Translations under genes and position numbers: made by a program | Notes under the pieces: model-generated | What the model was told of the DNA's origin: nothing | The model's input: the letters and a program-made list of their open reading frames with translations, nothing else | Database searches by the model: none | Shown here: one piece after another, positions 28,828 to 37,513 of the stretch | Numbering within the stretch: position 1 is the stretch's first letter | Layout of the letters: each line of letters opens with the position of its first letter | From: Pseudomonadota bacterium | GTDB lineage: Bacteria > Pseudomonadota > Alphaproteobacteria > UBA8366 | NCBI GenBank assembly: GCA_036337155.1 | Contig: JAYZET010000010.1 | Coordinates: 85,630-149,629 of the forward strand | Length of the DNA stretch: 64,000 nt | Direction of reading: 5' to 3'

Positions 28828-28870
28828 GGTAAAATTTGCCTAGAAATGAGCTGGGCAGGCAAATATTGCC
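28828..28870. promoter_or_regulatory. pair of dyads GGTAAAATTTGCC (28828..28840) and GGCAAATATTGCC (28858..28870)
   Basis: One near-exact and one exact copy of the same dyad, 30 bp centre to centre, in the flaG / PhyH-gene divergent spacer. Confidence 0.35.
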
Positions 28871-28977
28871 CATTACTTCCGTGCTACCGGTTTGCGGCGT
28901 GTTAATTCGGTGGGTAACGGAGGAATGGACCGAATTTTGCTCACATGCGGTTATGCAGTCAATGCCGGAGAATTGCC

Positions 28978-29808
28978 GTGTTCTATAAGACGCAAGTCGA
29001 GCGTTATCGCGAAATGGGCTTCGCTGTTTTGAAGAACGCATTTGAGCCAACTTTAGTTGAGAGTGTTTTCAACGAAGTTTGTGATGTGTTTCGTCCAATC
29101 TTAAAGTATCATGGCATCGTCTCGCCTGAAATTATCGGGGATGAATTTGAAGACGCTTTAGCAAAACTTTTCTGCCAAGACATGTCGGCATATTTGTCAA
29201 CGGCAAAGGCAGTTCAATTGACGCCTGGCCTCCATGCTCTTGGTGCTCATCCCACAATGATAAATCTGGTAAGATCCTTTGGGATTGCGCAACCGCTGAT
29301 TGCTGTTCGGCCCGTTGTTCATATTTTGTCGGATAAACTTCGTGTTAATCAAGGATATCACCGCACCCCTCCACATCAGGACTGGCGCAGCGTTCAGGGC
29401 AGCCTGGATTCTTTGGTCGTTTGGTTGCCATTAGTTTCAATCAATCGCGGCTTCGGTGCAATGGAGGTCATTCCGGGTAGCCATCTCGAAGGTTTGCTCG
29501 AGACTAGGCGTGATCCTTTTGGTAACGTAATTGATGCCTCATTAATCGATGGCAAACGTTTCGTGCCAGTTGAAGTGGACCCGGGCGATGCGATAGTATT
29601 TTCGATGTTTACTGTTCATCGCACGGGTACCGAACAACGTTCGGGTATTCGCTGGGCAGCAAGTTTTCGATATAACAATGCTGCCGCTCCAGATTATGTC
29701 TCTCACGGCTATCCCGATCCCTTTATCTATAAGTCGCAGGACGAATTATTAATTGACGGGTTTCCTACTTTAGAAGAGGTACGCGCCACTTTTTTAAAGC
29801 TGGACTAG
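28978..29808 (+). CDS. PhyH-family Fe(II)/2-oxoglutarate dioxygenase
   Basis: HQDW (H-x-D) and a distal TVHRT His, with the overall phytanoyl-CoA dioxygenase pattern. I prefer the GTG at 28978 (GGAG 8 nt upstream) over the track ATG at 28945. Confidence 0.65.
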   Translation: MFYKTQVERYREMGFAVLKNAFEPTLVESVFNEVCDVFRPILKYHGIVSPEIIGDEFEDALAKLFCQDMSAYLSTAKAVQLTPGLHALGAHPTMINLVRSFGIAQPLIAVRPVVHILSDKLRVNQGYHRTPPHQDWRSVQGSLDSLVVWLPLVSINRGFGAMEVIPGSHLEGLLETRRDPFGNVIDASLIDGKRFVPVEVDPGDAIVFSMFTVHRTGTEQRSGIRWAASFRYNNAAAPDYVSHGYPDPFIYKSQDELLIDGFPTLEEVRATFLKLD

Positions 29809-30539
29809 CAACCCATCTTGCGTGCAAGGTCGACGAAATCCAAAGCGATAATATCCCAGTCTTCTGTCGGTTCCAGGTCCGTTGTTTGCTCGGAGCCGTA
29901 TTCTTCGGGTCGCGCCACAAATGCAGTTTTAAGTCCACGAGCCCTAGCCGCAGCCAGATCGTCATTGTGTGCAGCGGTCATCATGACTTCAGATGGGATT
30001 AAGCCGAGCGCATCGCAACACCGGTCGTAGGTCTCCGGCATGGGTTTGTATTGGCGGACGACTTCTGCGCCAAGAATCACATCCCAAGGCAAGCCGCCGT
30101 GCTTTGCCATGTTAACTATAAGCGCGATATTTCCATTAGAATGGGTGCCTATGACATATCGGGATTTCAGCAGCGTCAACCCTTCTACTGAATCGGGCCA
30201 CGGGTCGAGGCGGTGCCAAAAGAGATTTAGATCGTCGAGTGCTTCTTTAGGAAGTTCGCCGAAACCATAGCGCGGTGCAATTTCTGCGAGATTCCTACGA
30301 TGTAGTACGTCAAGCTTAGTGAATGACATTTCACCGGTCCGGACCCGCTCCATTGAAGGTTGATAGAGGTTTCGCCAATCACGCGCGAAGCGGTCCCAAT
30401 CCGTGTCTGGCACGTTGTGTTGATGCGCAAATTCTCGTGTGAGACGGGCGATGCTGCCGCGCCAGTCGACGACAGTTCCGAAGACATCGAAAATTAAGGC
30501 TTTTATCTCCGTCGTCACACCATTCACTCCAAAGTACAA
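29805..30539 (-). CDS. HAD-superfamily hydrolase, haloacid dehalogenase type II-like
   Basis: 244 aa. N-terminal LIFDVFGTVVDW (DxxGT nucleophile motif) and a length typical of type II dehalogenase-like HADs. Confidence 0.7.
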   Translation of the reverse strand: MYFGVNGVTTEIKALIFDVFGTVVDWRGSIARLTREFAHQHNVPDTDWDRFARDWRNLYQPSMERVRTGEMSFTKLDVLHRRNLAEIAPRYGFGELPKEALDDLNLFWHRLDPWPDSVEGLTLLKSRYVIGTHSNGNIALIVNMAKHGGLPWDVILGAEVVRQYKPMPETYDRCCDALGLIPSEVMMTAAHNDDLAAARARGLKTAFVARPEEYGSEQTTDLEPTEDWDIIALDFVDLARKMGC

Positions 30540-30956
30540 GATTTTCGGAACCTATAGCGCAGTGGGTAAGCGCACACCAGAGCGCGGTACTTTGGGTTTG
30601 ATTAGGTGAATTTTTAAGCTTTTCGATCTGATATGCATTACGCAATCCCCGTTACATACGAAAGTTACCGTATGATCCGTCGTCATTTTGCCTGTCGAAA
30701 TGGTCGACAACTCGTCCAGAGTGATTAAAGAGAACTTAGATGCTGGTGGCTGGCTAAATCCGCAAAGATTTATTGCATGTAGCGTAGGACAGAGGATTTG
30801 GCAGTTTCAAGACCTGGTTCCAGATAGACCCTTCCTACGTAAGGCATACGAAAACCAGGCACGAGTGAACTCAATGAAAACTGATAATACCGCATCGTAA
30901 AATCGAAAATTTCCAAATTTCTGAAACGCTATAAATACAGATTGTTAGCTTTTAAT

Positions 30957-31865
30957 TTACTCAAGAATAGCGAGTCCGATACCACTGGCCCCGTATCCGT
31001 TACCATTGTAGAGCATGTAACGTCGTCCGCTATGATTGAAGACATGCGGATAGCAGATCATCTCGCTATCCCAGCCGTCTTCAGATGAGGCAATTCCTAC
31101 TCTAGCGTCTTGCCGGATCCATTGGATAGCATTTTCTGACTCTGCATAACCAATGCGATAGGGGAAGTCGCTGCCCCGATAGCAGAACCACATCCGCCAT
31201 AGGTCTCCGTCACGGACCACTGTTGGGCGGGCGATTGCAATTTCGTTGGGATGTACAAACCCTATAGCAACCAGTCCGTGCCGCTGCCAGATAATCCCGT
31301 CCTCGCTCAAAGCATAACGTAAATTGTAAGTTGAGTTGGGAGGGTTGCCCTCCAACCAATCGAGGCCGGATAGATACCAAATGTGCCAGCTCGCGCCGTC
31401 AATCGCGACGTCATGGCTCGCCATAAAATAAGGATCGGTGGGCCCGCGATCCAGCACGGGGCCGTCAAAGAGGCGCTCGAATGGCCCGTCGGGCGTGTGG
31501 CGGATTGCTACCCCGATGGCGTTGCGGAACGGTACACCAACCGCGCGATTCCAGCCAATGTAGTAAAGCCGGCTTTCGTTCCCTAGGTGGACCAGGGCAC
31601 TCGCCATGACGCCATCCACATCGAAAGCGCCAAGCTTCCCGGGTGCAAGGATAGGCTCCTCTGATTCGTCGAGTAGCTGAGCAGGGTCATTCAGGTCAAT
31701 CTCACACCAGCCGACATGAGAGCGGTTGTCTGAGTCTCGGGTAGTAAAATAGATGCGAAATCGGTCTTCCTTGACGTGCTCGGCGATCGGTACTGACGCG
31801 TGACTTCGGGCCCACGACCGTTTGCCGTTTGGCGCAAATATTCGACCGAGTTTTCGCCAATTCAT
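30957..31865 (-). CDS. beta-propeller glycoside-hydrolase-like protein (GH43/32/130-type fold, family uncertain)
   Basis: 302 aa. Repeated W/Y-rich blade patterns (RIYFTTRDSDNRSHVGWCEIDL, LYYIGWN, WHIWYLSG, WRMWFCY, RYMLYNGNGYG). The start overlaps the upstream NeuD-like gene by 1 nt. Confidence 0.45.
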   Translation of the reverse strand: MNWRKLGRIFAPNGKRSWARSHASVPIAEHVKEDRFRIYFTTRDSDNRSHVGWCEIDLNDPAQLLDESEEPILAPGKLGAFDVDGVMASALVHLGNESRLYYIGWNRAVGVPFRNAIGVAIRHTPDGPFERLFDGPVLDRGPTDPYFMASHDVAIDGASWHIWYLSGLDWLEGNPPNSTYNLRYALSEDGIIWQRHGLVAIGFVHPNEIAIARPTVVRDGDLWRMWFCYRGSDFPYRIGYAESENAIQWIRQDARVGIASSEDGWDSEMICYPHVFNHSGRRYMLYNGNGYGASGIGLAILE

Positions 31866-32527
31866 CAGATATTCCTCAACCGATCACTTGATATTTTGGA
31901 GGGTTTGGTAGCTGCTCCGGGAAAGACGGACTTGTCGGCCGCATCCCGCACCAGTAGTGCCCCGGCGCCGACGACACAGCCTGCACCAAGCGTAATGTTG
32001 TCCCTCAGCGTCGCATTGACCCCAATGAAGCAGTTGTCTCCAATGTTGACTGAACCCGAAATCACAGCATGGCTGGCGATAAAAACGTTGTTGCCGATTT
32101 GGGTGTGGTGGCCAACGTGATTGCCACTCCATAGAGTACAGTTCTCACCGATCGTCACATAAGGCTGGATCGTATTTTGCTCCATTACCATTGTGTTCGC
32201 TCTTGCTTCGTATCCTCGCCAAACCCAAGCCCGAGAAGATGTGTAACTCGCTAGATCAAACCCTTTAGCGCGGGCTTGCGCGACTTTGTTGGTTCGAAGT
32301 TTATTTACCCTTGTATAACCAATAGCCACAAACAGGCTAAAGTCATCTGGGGAATAGCTCTCCTCCAACTCTTCGAATGGTACGACAGGAAGCCCGAGAT
32401 GGGTTTCCCTATCCCGATGTTCATCGTCGACGGTGAAGGCGGATACGTCATAGTCACTGTCTTCGCAGAAGAGATAGTGAGCGACTTCAGCTATCTCGCC
32501 GATGCCAAATATGGCCAAACGTTTCAT
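31865..32527 (-). CDS. NeuD/PglD-family sugar N/O-acetyltransferase (left-handed beta-helix)
   Basis: 220 aa. N-terminal Rossmann-like LAIFGIGEIAEVAHYLF plus C-terminal hexapeptide repeats (IGDNCFIGVNATLRDNITLGAGCVVGAGALL). Confidence 0.75.
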   Translation of the reverse strand: MKRLAIFGIGEIAEVAHYLFCEDSDYDVSAFTVDDEHRDRETHLGLPVVPFEELEESYSPDDFSLFVAIGYTRVNKLRTNKVAQARAKGFDLASYTSSRAWVWRGYEARANTMVMEQNTIQPYVTIGENCTLWSGNHVGHHTQIGNNVFIASHAVISGSVNIGDNCFIGVNATLRDNITLGAGCVVGAGALLVRDAADKSVFPGAATKPSKISSDRLRNI

Positions 32528-33194
32528 GCCTAAAATTTAGCTCCGCAGTCTGATGAGGCAAAGCGCTGACCAAAAAATACATGCAACGAGAATGCCGCCC
32601 GAACGCTTTTTATATGAGTTAACCAGTCACGACAGATCATCGCCATAACAATTATTTTAATTGTCGACAACCTGGCTCAACTCATGGTTTTCCCATGTTT
32701 GTGTGTTGGACCCTTTTGGCCTCTCATCCAAAGACCGACACTATTGTCTTTCTTTGGTTGACTGGGTGAAAATTACGCAATTAACGGTTATAGCCTCCAC
32801 ACCAATATTTCAGACCGTAAGTAAAAGGGTTAATTTTTATTAAAATACATCACAAATTATAAGCAACACAGAAATACGTTTAATGATGTTGTGCAACCAC
32901 AAGTTTGTTCTCAAAAGGCGCAGTCTTGCTCTACGATTAACGTATGCGACGTAGTAGTCATTATGCAGTAGAAAGACGAAATTGCGTTTGTTTTCAAAGG
33001 TGAAAAGCAGGCCATGCCAGGTTGAGCAAAATTTTGTCTTATTGCCTCCGAGTTTGAGTTGTGGTTGTCCTTTCAACCTGCCGCCTGAGGCTCGTATGTA
33101 TGTTGAATCGAGAATGTTATATCCTTTTGCCCTGAGTGGATTGCGCATAGGATGAATTTTTAGTCGGATAAAAAACAAATGATTAAAAGACGTC

Positions 33195-35339
33195 GTGCCG
33201 ATGCAACTTCGGCTGTATTTTCACCGATTGACGACCTGTGACGCAATTGGGCCTATCCATATGATGGACGATATTGGCGCGTTAGAAAAAGCGTTGGGGC
33301 TACACCAAGCAGGTGACTACGCAGCAGCTGAAACTTTACTTCGCGATTTATTGAAGGTATCCCCTGAAAATAAAGACGGTATGCATCTTCTTGGATTATG
33401 CTGCCATGCGCTTTCACGTAACGAAGAGGCGCTGTCCTGGATCGAGAAAGCTATAGCGCAGGCGCCATCTGAGGCCATTTTTCTCGGCAATGCTGGAATT
33501 GTTGCGCTGGCCCTTGGTAAAACAGAGATAGCTGAGGGTCATCTTGAGCTGGCGATTTCCATAAATCCCCTTCAATCGGAACCATACAATAACCTTGCTT
33601 TGGTTCGTCAACGACAGGGTCGTTTGCAGGAAGCGGAATTTATATTAGACAAGGCAATCGCGCTCGACCCCGGATCTGAGAAAGCCTATTCAAATCGTGG
33701 TAATATCCGAAGAGCCGCTGGCGATGTCGATGGAGCGGTAGCAGACTACCACACAGCAATTAAAATCGCTCCGGAATTGGCGGCCGCCTACAATGGCCTC
33801 GGCAATGCCTTGCGCGATAGAGAACAGCGAGATGATGCAATTGCTGCATTTGATAAGGCGCTCGCACTCGATCCGTCTTATGCGGAAGCCTATTTTAACC
33901 GGGGTCTCACGCGTGCCGTGCAAGGAGAGATTCTTGGCGCAGATGAAGATCTTTGCACGGCGTTGGGCCTCCGCGATGATCCGAGATTTCGAATCGCACG
34001 AGCTGGATTGCTACCAGTTATTCCAGCGTCAATTGAGCAAATTGAGGATTGGCGTCGTCGCTTCGCCGAGAGATTTGCCGCCTTAGACGATATTGGAATA
34101 TTTGTCGATGGCGACCCATCACAGGTCTCGCCGATGAGTTTCTACCTTGCCTATCATGGCAAAAATGACCGGAAGCTTATGGAGAGTGTGGCTGAATTTT
34201 TTCGATCGCGGTTTCCCAATTTGGATTACGTCGCAGATTATTGCGGCAGTCCGGAAGGATCGAAGGGCCGCCCAATTCGGCTCGGTGTCGCCTCTCGTTA
34301 CCTCGGCGAGCACGCGGTGGCCCTGATGATTCACGGCTTACTTTCTGAATTGCCGCGCGACCGTTTCCACGTTACAGCCGTTACTTTTGGCGGCTCTGTA
34401 ACTGAGACTTCTTTCCGCATCCGAGAGGCGGTGGATGCCATAATCGTTTCACCGGCCGATATTCGACAGGCTCGCGAGATCATCGGCGCTCAAAAGTTTG
34501 ATATTTTATTGTACTCAGATATCGGAATGGAGCCTCTCAGCTATTTTCTTGCGTTTTCGCGGCTGGCCCCGGTGCAATGTGCGACCTGGGGTCATCCGGA
34601 TACGACGGGATTACAAACCATTGATTACTACATCAGCAACGATCTTGCAGAGCCGGAGAACGGCCAGGAAAGCTATACAGAAAAACTGGTTCGCCTTGAT
34701 GGCGTGCAGAGCCGCTATTTACGAATGACGAAACCCGATCCATTGCCGAGCCGCCATTCATTGGGACTTCCGAAAGAGGGGACTATCTATCTTTGTCCTC
34801 AAAATATCATCAAAATACATCCCGAAATGGACGCATCTCTCGCCGAAATCCTGCGAAGGGACCCATCCGGTCAGCTTATCGTATTCGATGGCGTTGATCA
34901 AAATTGGACGAGGCTCTTAATAGATCGTTGGCAATCGATCCTTGACGAAGATGCGATGTCGCGGGTGACGGTCCTTTCGCGAGGGACGCTGGAAGTGTTT
35001 CTTGGCGTAATCGCCTCGGCTGATGTTGTACTTGACACTTGGCCGTTTGGCGCTGGGAACACGAACTATCAGACCTTTTCGATGGGCGTACCAGTCGTAA
35101 CATTTCCCGGTAGTTGGATCAGAGGGCGAGGAACACTTGCGCATTATCGGCACATGGATATCGAAGGCTGCATTGCCACTACGCCGGATGAGTATGTCGA
35201 AATCGCCGTTCGCCTCGGTAACGACACCGCGTTTCGATCCCGAATAGCTGATTTGATAGAAGCGCGATCGGGCGCTGTTCTGGAAGACGACATCTGCGTT
35301 AAATCCCTGACCGAGTTTTTGGAACGGGTTGCGCCGTGA
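33195..35339 (+). CDS. TPR-repeat protein fused to SPY/OGT-like (GT41-type) glycosyltransferase, copy 1
   Basis: 714 aa. About 7 TPR units in the N-half. The C-half has LLYSDIGMEPLSYFLAFSRLAPVQCATWGHPDTTG, LGLPKEGTIYLCPQ and LDTWPFGAGNTNYQTFSMGVPVVT, as in COG3914-type O-GlcNAc-transferase homologues. The start is uncertain (alternative ATG at 33261). Confidence 0.8.
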   Translation: MPMQLRLYFHRLTTCDAIGPIHMMDDIGALEKALGLHQAGDYAAAETLLRDLLKVSPENKDGMHLLGLCCHALSRNEEALSWIEKAIAQAPSEAIFLGNAGIVALALGKTEIAEGHLELAISINPLQSEPYNNLALVRQRQGRLQEAEFILDKAIALDPGSEKAYSNRGNIRRAAGDVDGAVADYHTAIKIAPELAAAYNGLGNALRDREQRDDAIAAFDKALALDPSYAEAYFNRGLTRAVQGEILGADEDLCTALGLRDDPRFRIARAGLLPVIPASIEQIEDWRRRFAERFAALDDIGIFVDGDPSQVSPMSFYLAYHGKNDRKLMESVAEFFRSRFPNLDYVADYCGSPEGSKGRPIRLGVASRYLGEHAVALMIHGLLSELPRDRFHVTAVTFGGSVTETSFRIREAVDAIIVSPADIRQAREIIGAQKFDILLYSDIGMEPLSYFLAFSRLAPVQCATWGHPDTTGLQTIDYYISNDLAEPENGQESYTEKLVRLDGVQSRYLRMTKPDPLPSRHSLGLPKEGTIYLCPQNIIKIHPEMDASLAEILRRDPSGQLIVFDGVDQNWTRLLIDRWQSILDEDAMSRVTVLSRGTLEVFLGVIASADVVLDTWPFGAGNTNYQTFSMGVPVVTFPGSWIRGRGTLAHYRHMDIEGCIATTPDEYVEIAVRLGNDTAFRSRIADLIEARSGAVLEDDICVKSLTEFLERVAP

Positions 35340-37513
35340 CGAGCAGTGGTGATCCATTGGATGATGCGCGGAGCCTCATTGAGCAGGGTGAGTTAACTGA
35401 GGTGGACGCTGTGCTGGGCGATCTTATCGAATACAGCTATGAGGCGGCCATGTTGGCAGGTGTTGCCGCAAATAGGGCTGGAGATTTATCGACTGCAATT
35501 AAACGTTTTCGCCGTGCGGCGGAAATTGAACCAGGCCGTTTTGAGGCAACCTTGAATCTTGGGCTTACCTATAGAGCCATGGAAAACGATACAGCGGCTG
35601 AGACGGCTCTTCGGCGGGCTCTTGATCTTTCTCCCGGTTTGGTGGCGGCCAATTTCGCCTTGGGTAATTTACTGATGCAGGGCGGGTTATTAGAGGATGC
35701 TGTTCACAGGTTCACTGCAGTTGAGGTGTCCCAGCCGCACCACATAGGAGCGTTAAACAATCTTGGTATCTGTTACGGCCGGCTCGGTAAATTGGACGAT
35801 GCGGCCACAAATTTCGAGAGCGTTTTGGAATTTGAGCCTGAGCATGTCGGTGCGCTCGCAAATCTTGGTGCTATTCGATCTGAACAGGGTCGTAGTGAAG
35901 AGGCAATCAATCTTCTTAAGCGTGTTCTCACATTGGAACCCGAACAAGTCGAGGCTACTAATAACCTTGGTGTAGCCTTGATGGATAAAGGTCGTTACGG
36001 TGAAGCGGCGGAGCTGTTACGTTTGCTGACTGAAAACAATAGAGCGGGTGCCGAAGCTTTTAGTAATCTAGGTAATGCCTTGGCGAAGCTTGGTGAGACT
36101 GCACGCGCCGACGAAGCCTATCAGCAGGCATTTTTGCTAAAACCTGATCCAGGAATTCGTGTCAAACGAGCGATGCTTCTGCCGATTGTTAGCGCATCAA
36201 CGGAAGTAATGGACGCCGCGCGATCAGAATTCGAACGACGGGTCGATGCTTTGATTGCCGATCCGCCCCAGCTCGACGATCCGTTTTCTGAAGTCGGTGT
36301 AACGACCTTCGCGCTTTCCTATCAAAATTATTTGAATCGGACTTTAATGGAGAAAGTAGCGAGGATGTATCGGGGGATCTGTCCCGCCTTAACCTATACT
36401 GCTGCGCATTGCGGCAAGATTGGACAGGGAAATGATCTTCCCGTGCGAATTGGTTTCGTGTCTCGCTTTTTTCAAAACCATTCGGTGGGGCGCTGTTTCC
36501 ACGGCATTCCCCGCTTCCATGGGCGTGATGACATAGAGATAACGGTCTTTACCTTTACGACGGAACCCGACCCTTTATGGCGGCAGATCGAAAAAGATGT
36601 CGACAAGACGGTTGTGCTGCCCGCGCATTTCGGATCAGCTCGAAATCAAATTGCGTCTGAAGAAATTGATATCCTTGTATATACAGACATCGGAATGGAC
36701 CCGCTGACGTATTTTCTCACGTTCTGCAGACTAGCTCCGTTGCAATGTGTGCTCAGCGGTCATCCAGATTCAGTCGGGGTCGATACAATCGACGCATATA
36801 TTAGCTGCGATATGCAGGAACCACCTGATGCGGAGGAGCACTATTTGGCTCCACTGGTTCGACTGCCAGGATCACCGACGTATTATGAGCGGCCAAAATT
36901 ACCGGAGCCGATGAAACCGCGAGGAGCATTTGGCCTACCAAATGATGCACCAATTTATTTTTGTGGTCAGACATTGATAAAAATACATCCAGATATGGAC
37001 GCACTCTTTCGCGGCATTCTAGAGCTAGACCCCGATGGTGAGCTTGTTTTCCCTGAAGGTTATACTCCGGAACTCGCAGATTTGCTATCCAACCGGTTCC
37101 GCGAGACCCTTGGCTCGCTTGCTGCGCGTGTCAAGTTTCTACCAGCGATGAGCCATACAGACTATATGAACGTTTTGGCTTTTTCTAATGTAGCACTGGA
37201 TACTCGGCCATTCGGTGGTGGTAACACAAGTTGGCAAGCTATTGCTGTTGGGACGCCAATGGTGACCTGGCCCGGCCATTACTTGCGAGGTAGATATACT
37301 CAGGCGCTTTATCGGCTGATCGGCGTGGAGGATGCTATTGCAAACTCAGCAGAGGACTACATTGCCCGTGCCGTTAAATTTGCCACCGACCGGGCCTTTA
37401 CGGTCGAATTCAATGACCGTGTTCGCGATCGTGCAGACCGAATTTTTTGCGATCGCAGACATGTGGATGCCCTCTATAGCTATTTGCTTGATCGCTTCAG
37501 CTCTGTGCTCTGA
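35336..37513 (+). CDS. TPR-repeat protein fused to SPY/OGT-like (GT41-type) glycosyltransferase, copy 2
   Basis: 725 aa. Its GTG overlaps the upstream stop (GTGA). It has the same C-terminal motifs: LVYTDIGMDPLTYFLTFCRLAPLQCVLSGHPDSVG, FGLPNDAPIYFCGQ and LDTRPFGGGNTSWQAIAVGTPMVT. Confidence 0.8.
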   Translation: MTSSGDPLDDARSLIEQGELTEVDAVLGDLIEYSYEAAMLAGVAANRAGDLSTAIKRFRRAAEIEPGRFEATLNLGLTYRAMENDTAAETALRRALDLSPGLVAANFALGNLLMQGGLLEDAVHRFTAVEVSQPHHIGALNNLGICYGRLGKLDDAATNFESVLEFEPEHVGALANLGAIRSEQGRSEEAINLLKRVLTLEPEQVEATNNLGVALMDKGRYGEAAELLRLLTENNRAGAEAFSNLGNALAKLGETARADEAYQQAFLLKPDPGIRVKRAMLLPIVSASTEVMDAARSEFERRVDALIADPPQLDDPFSEVGVTTFALSYQNYLNRTLMEKVARMYRGICPALTYTAAHCGKIGQGNDLPVRIGFVSRFFQNHSVGRCFHGIPRFHGRDDIEITVFTFTTEPDPLWRQIEKDVDKTVVLPAHFGSARNQIASEEIDILVYTDIGMDPLTYFLTFCRLAPLQCVLSGHPDSVGVDTIDAYISCDMQEPPDAEEHYLAPLVRLPGSPTYYERPKLPEPMKPRGAFGLPNDAPIYFCGQTLIKIHPDMDALFRGILELDPDGELVFPEGYTPELADLLSNRFRETLGSLAARVKFLPAMSHTDYMNVLAFSNVALDTRPFGGGNTSWQAIAVGTPMVTWPGHYLRGRYTQALYRLIGVEDAIANSAEDYIARAVKFATDRAFTVEFNDRVRDRADRIFCDRRHVDALYSYLLDRFSSVL

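Noticed and set aside
30555-30575. tRNA-like D-arm sequence TAGCGCAGTGGGTAAGCGCA in the HAD-gene upstream spacer (possible tRNA gene or att remnant)
   Set aside because: I could not fold the flanks into an anticodon arm, T-arm (no GTTCRA motif) or acceptor stem. It is a fragmentary resemblance only.
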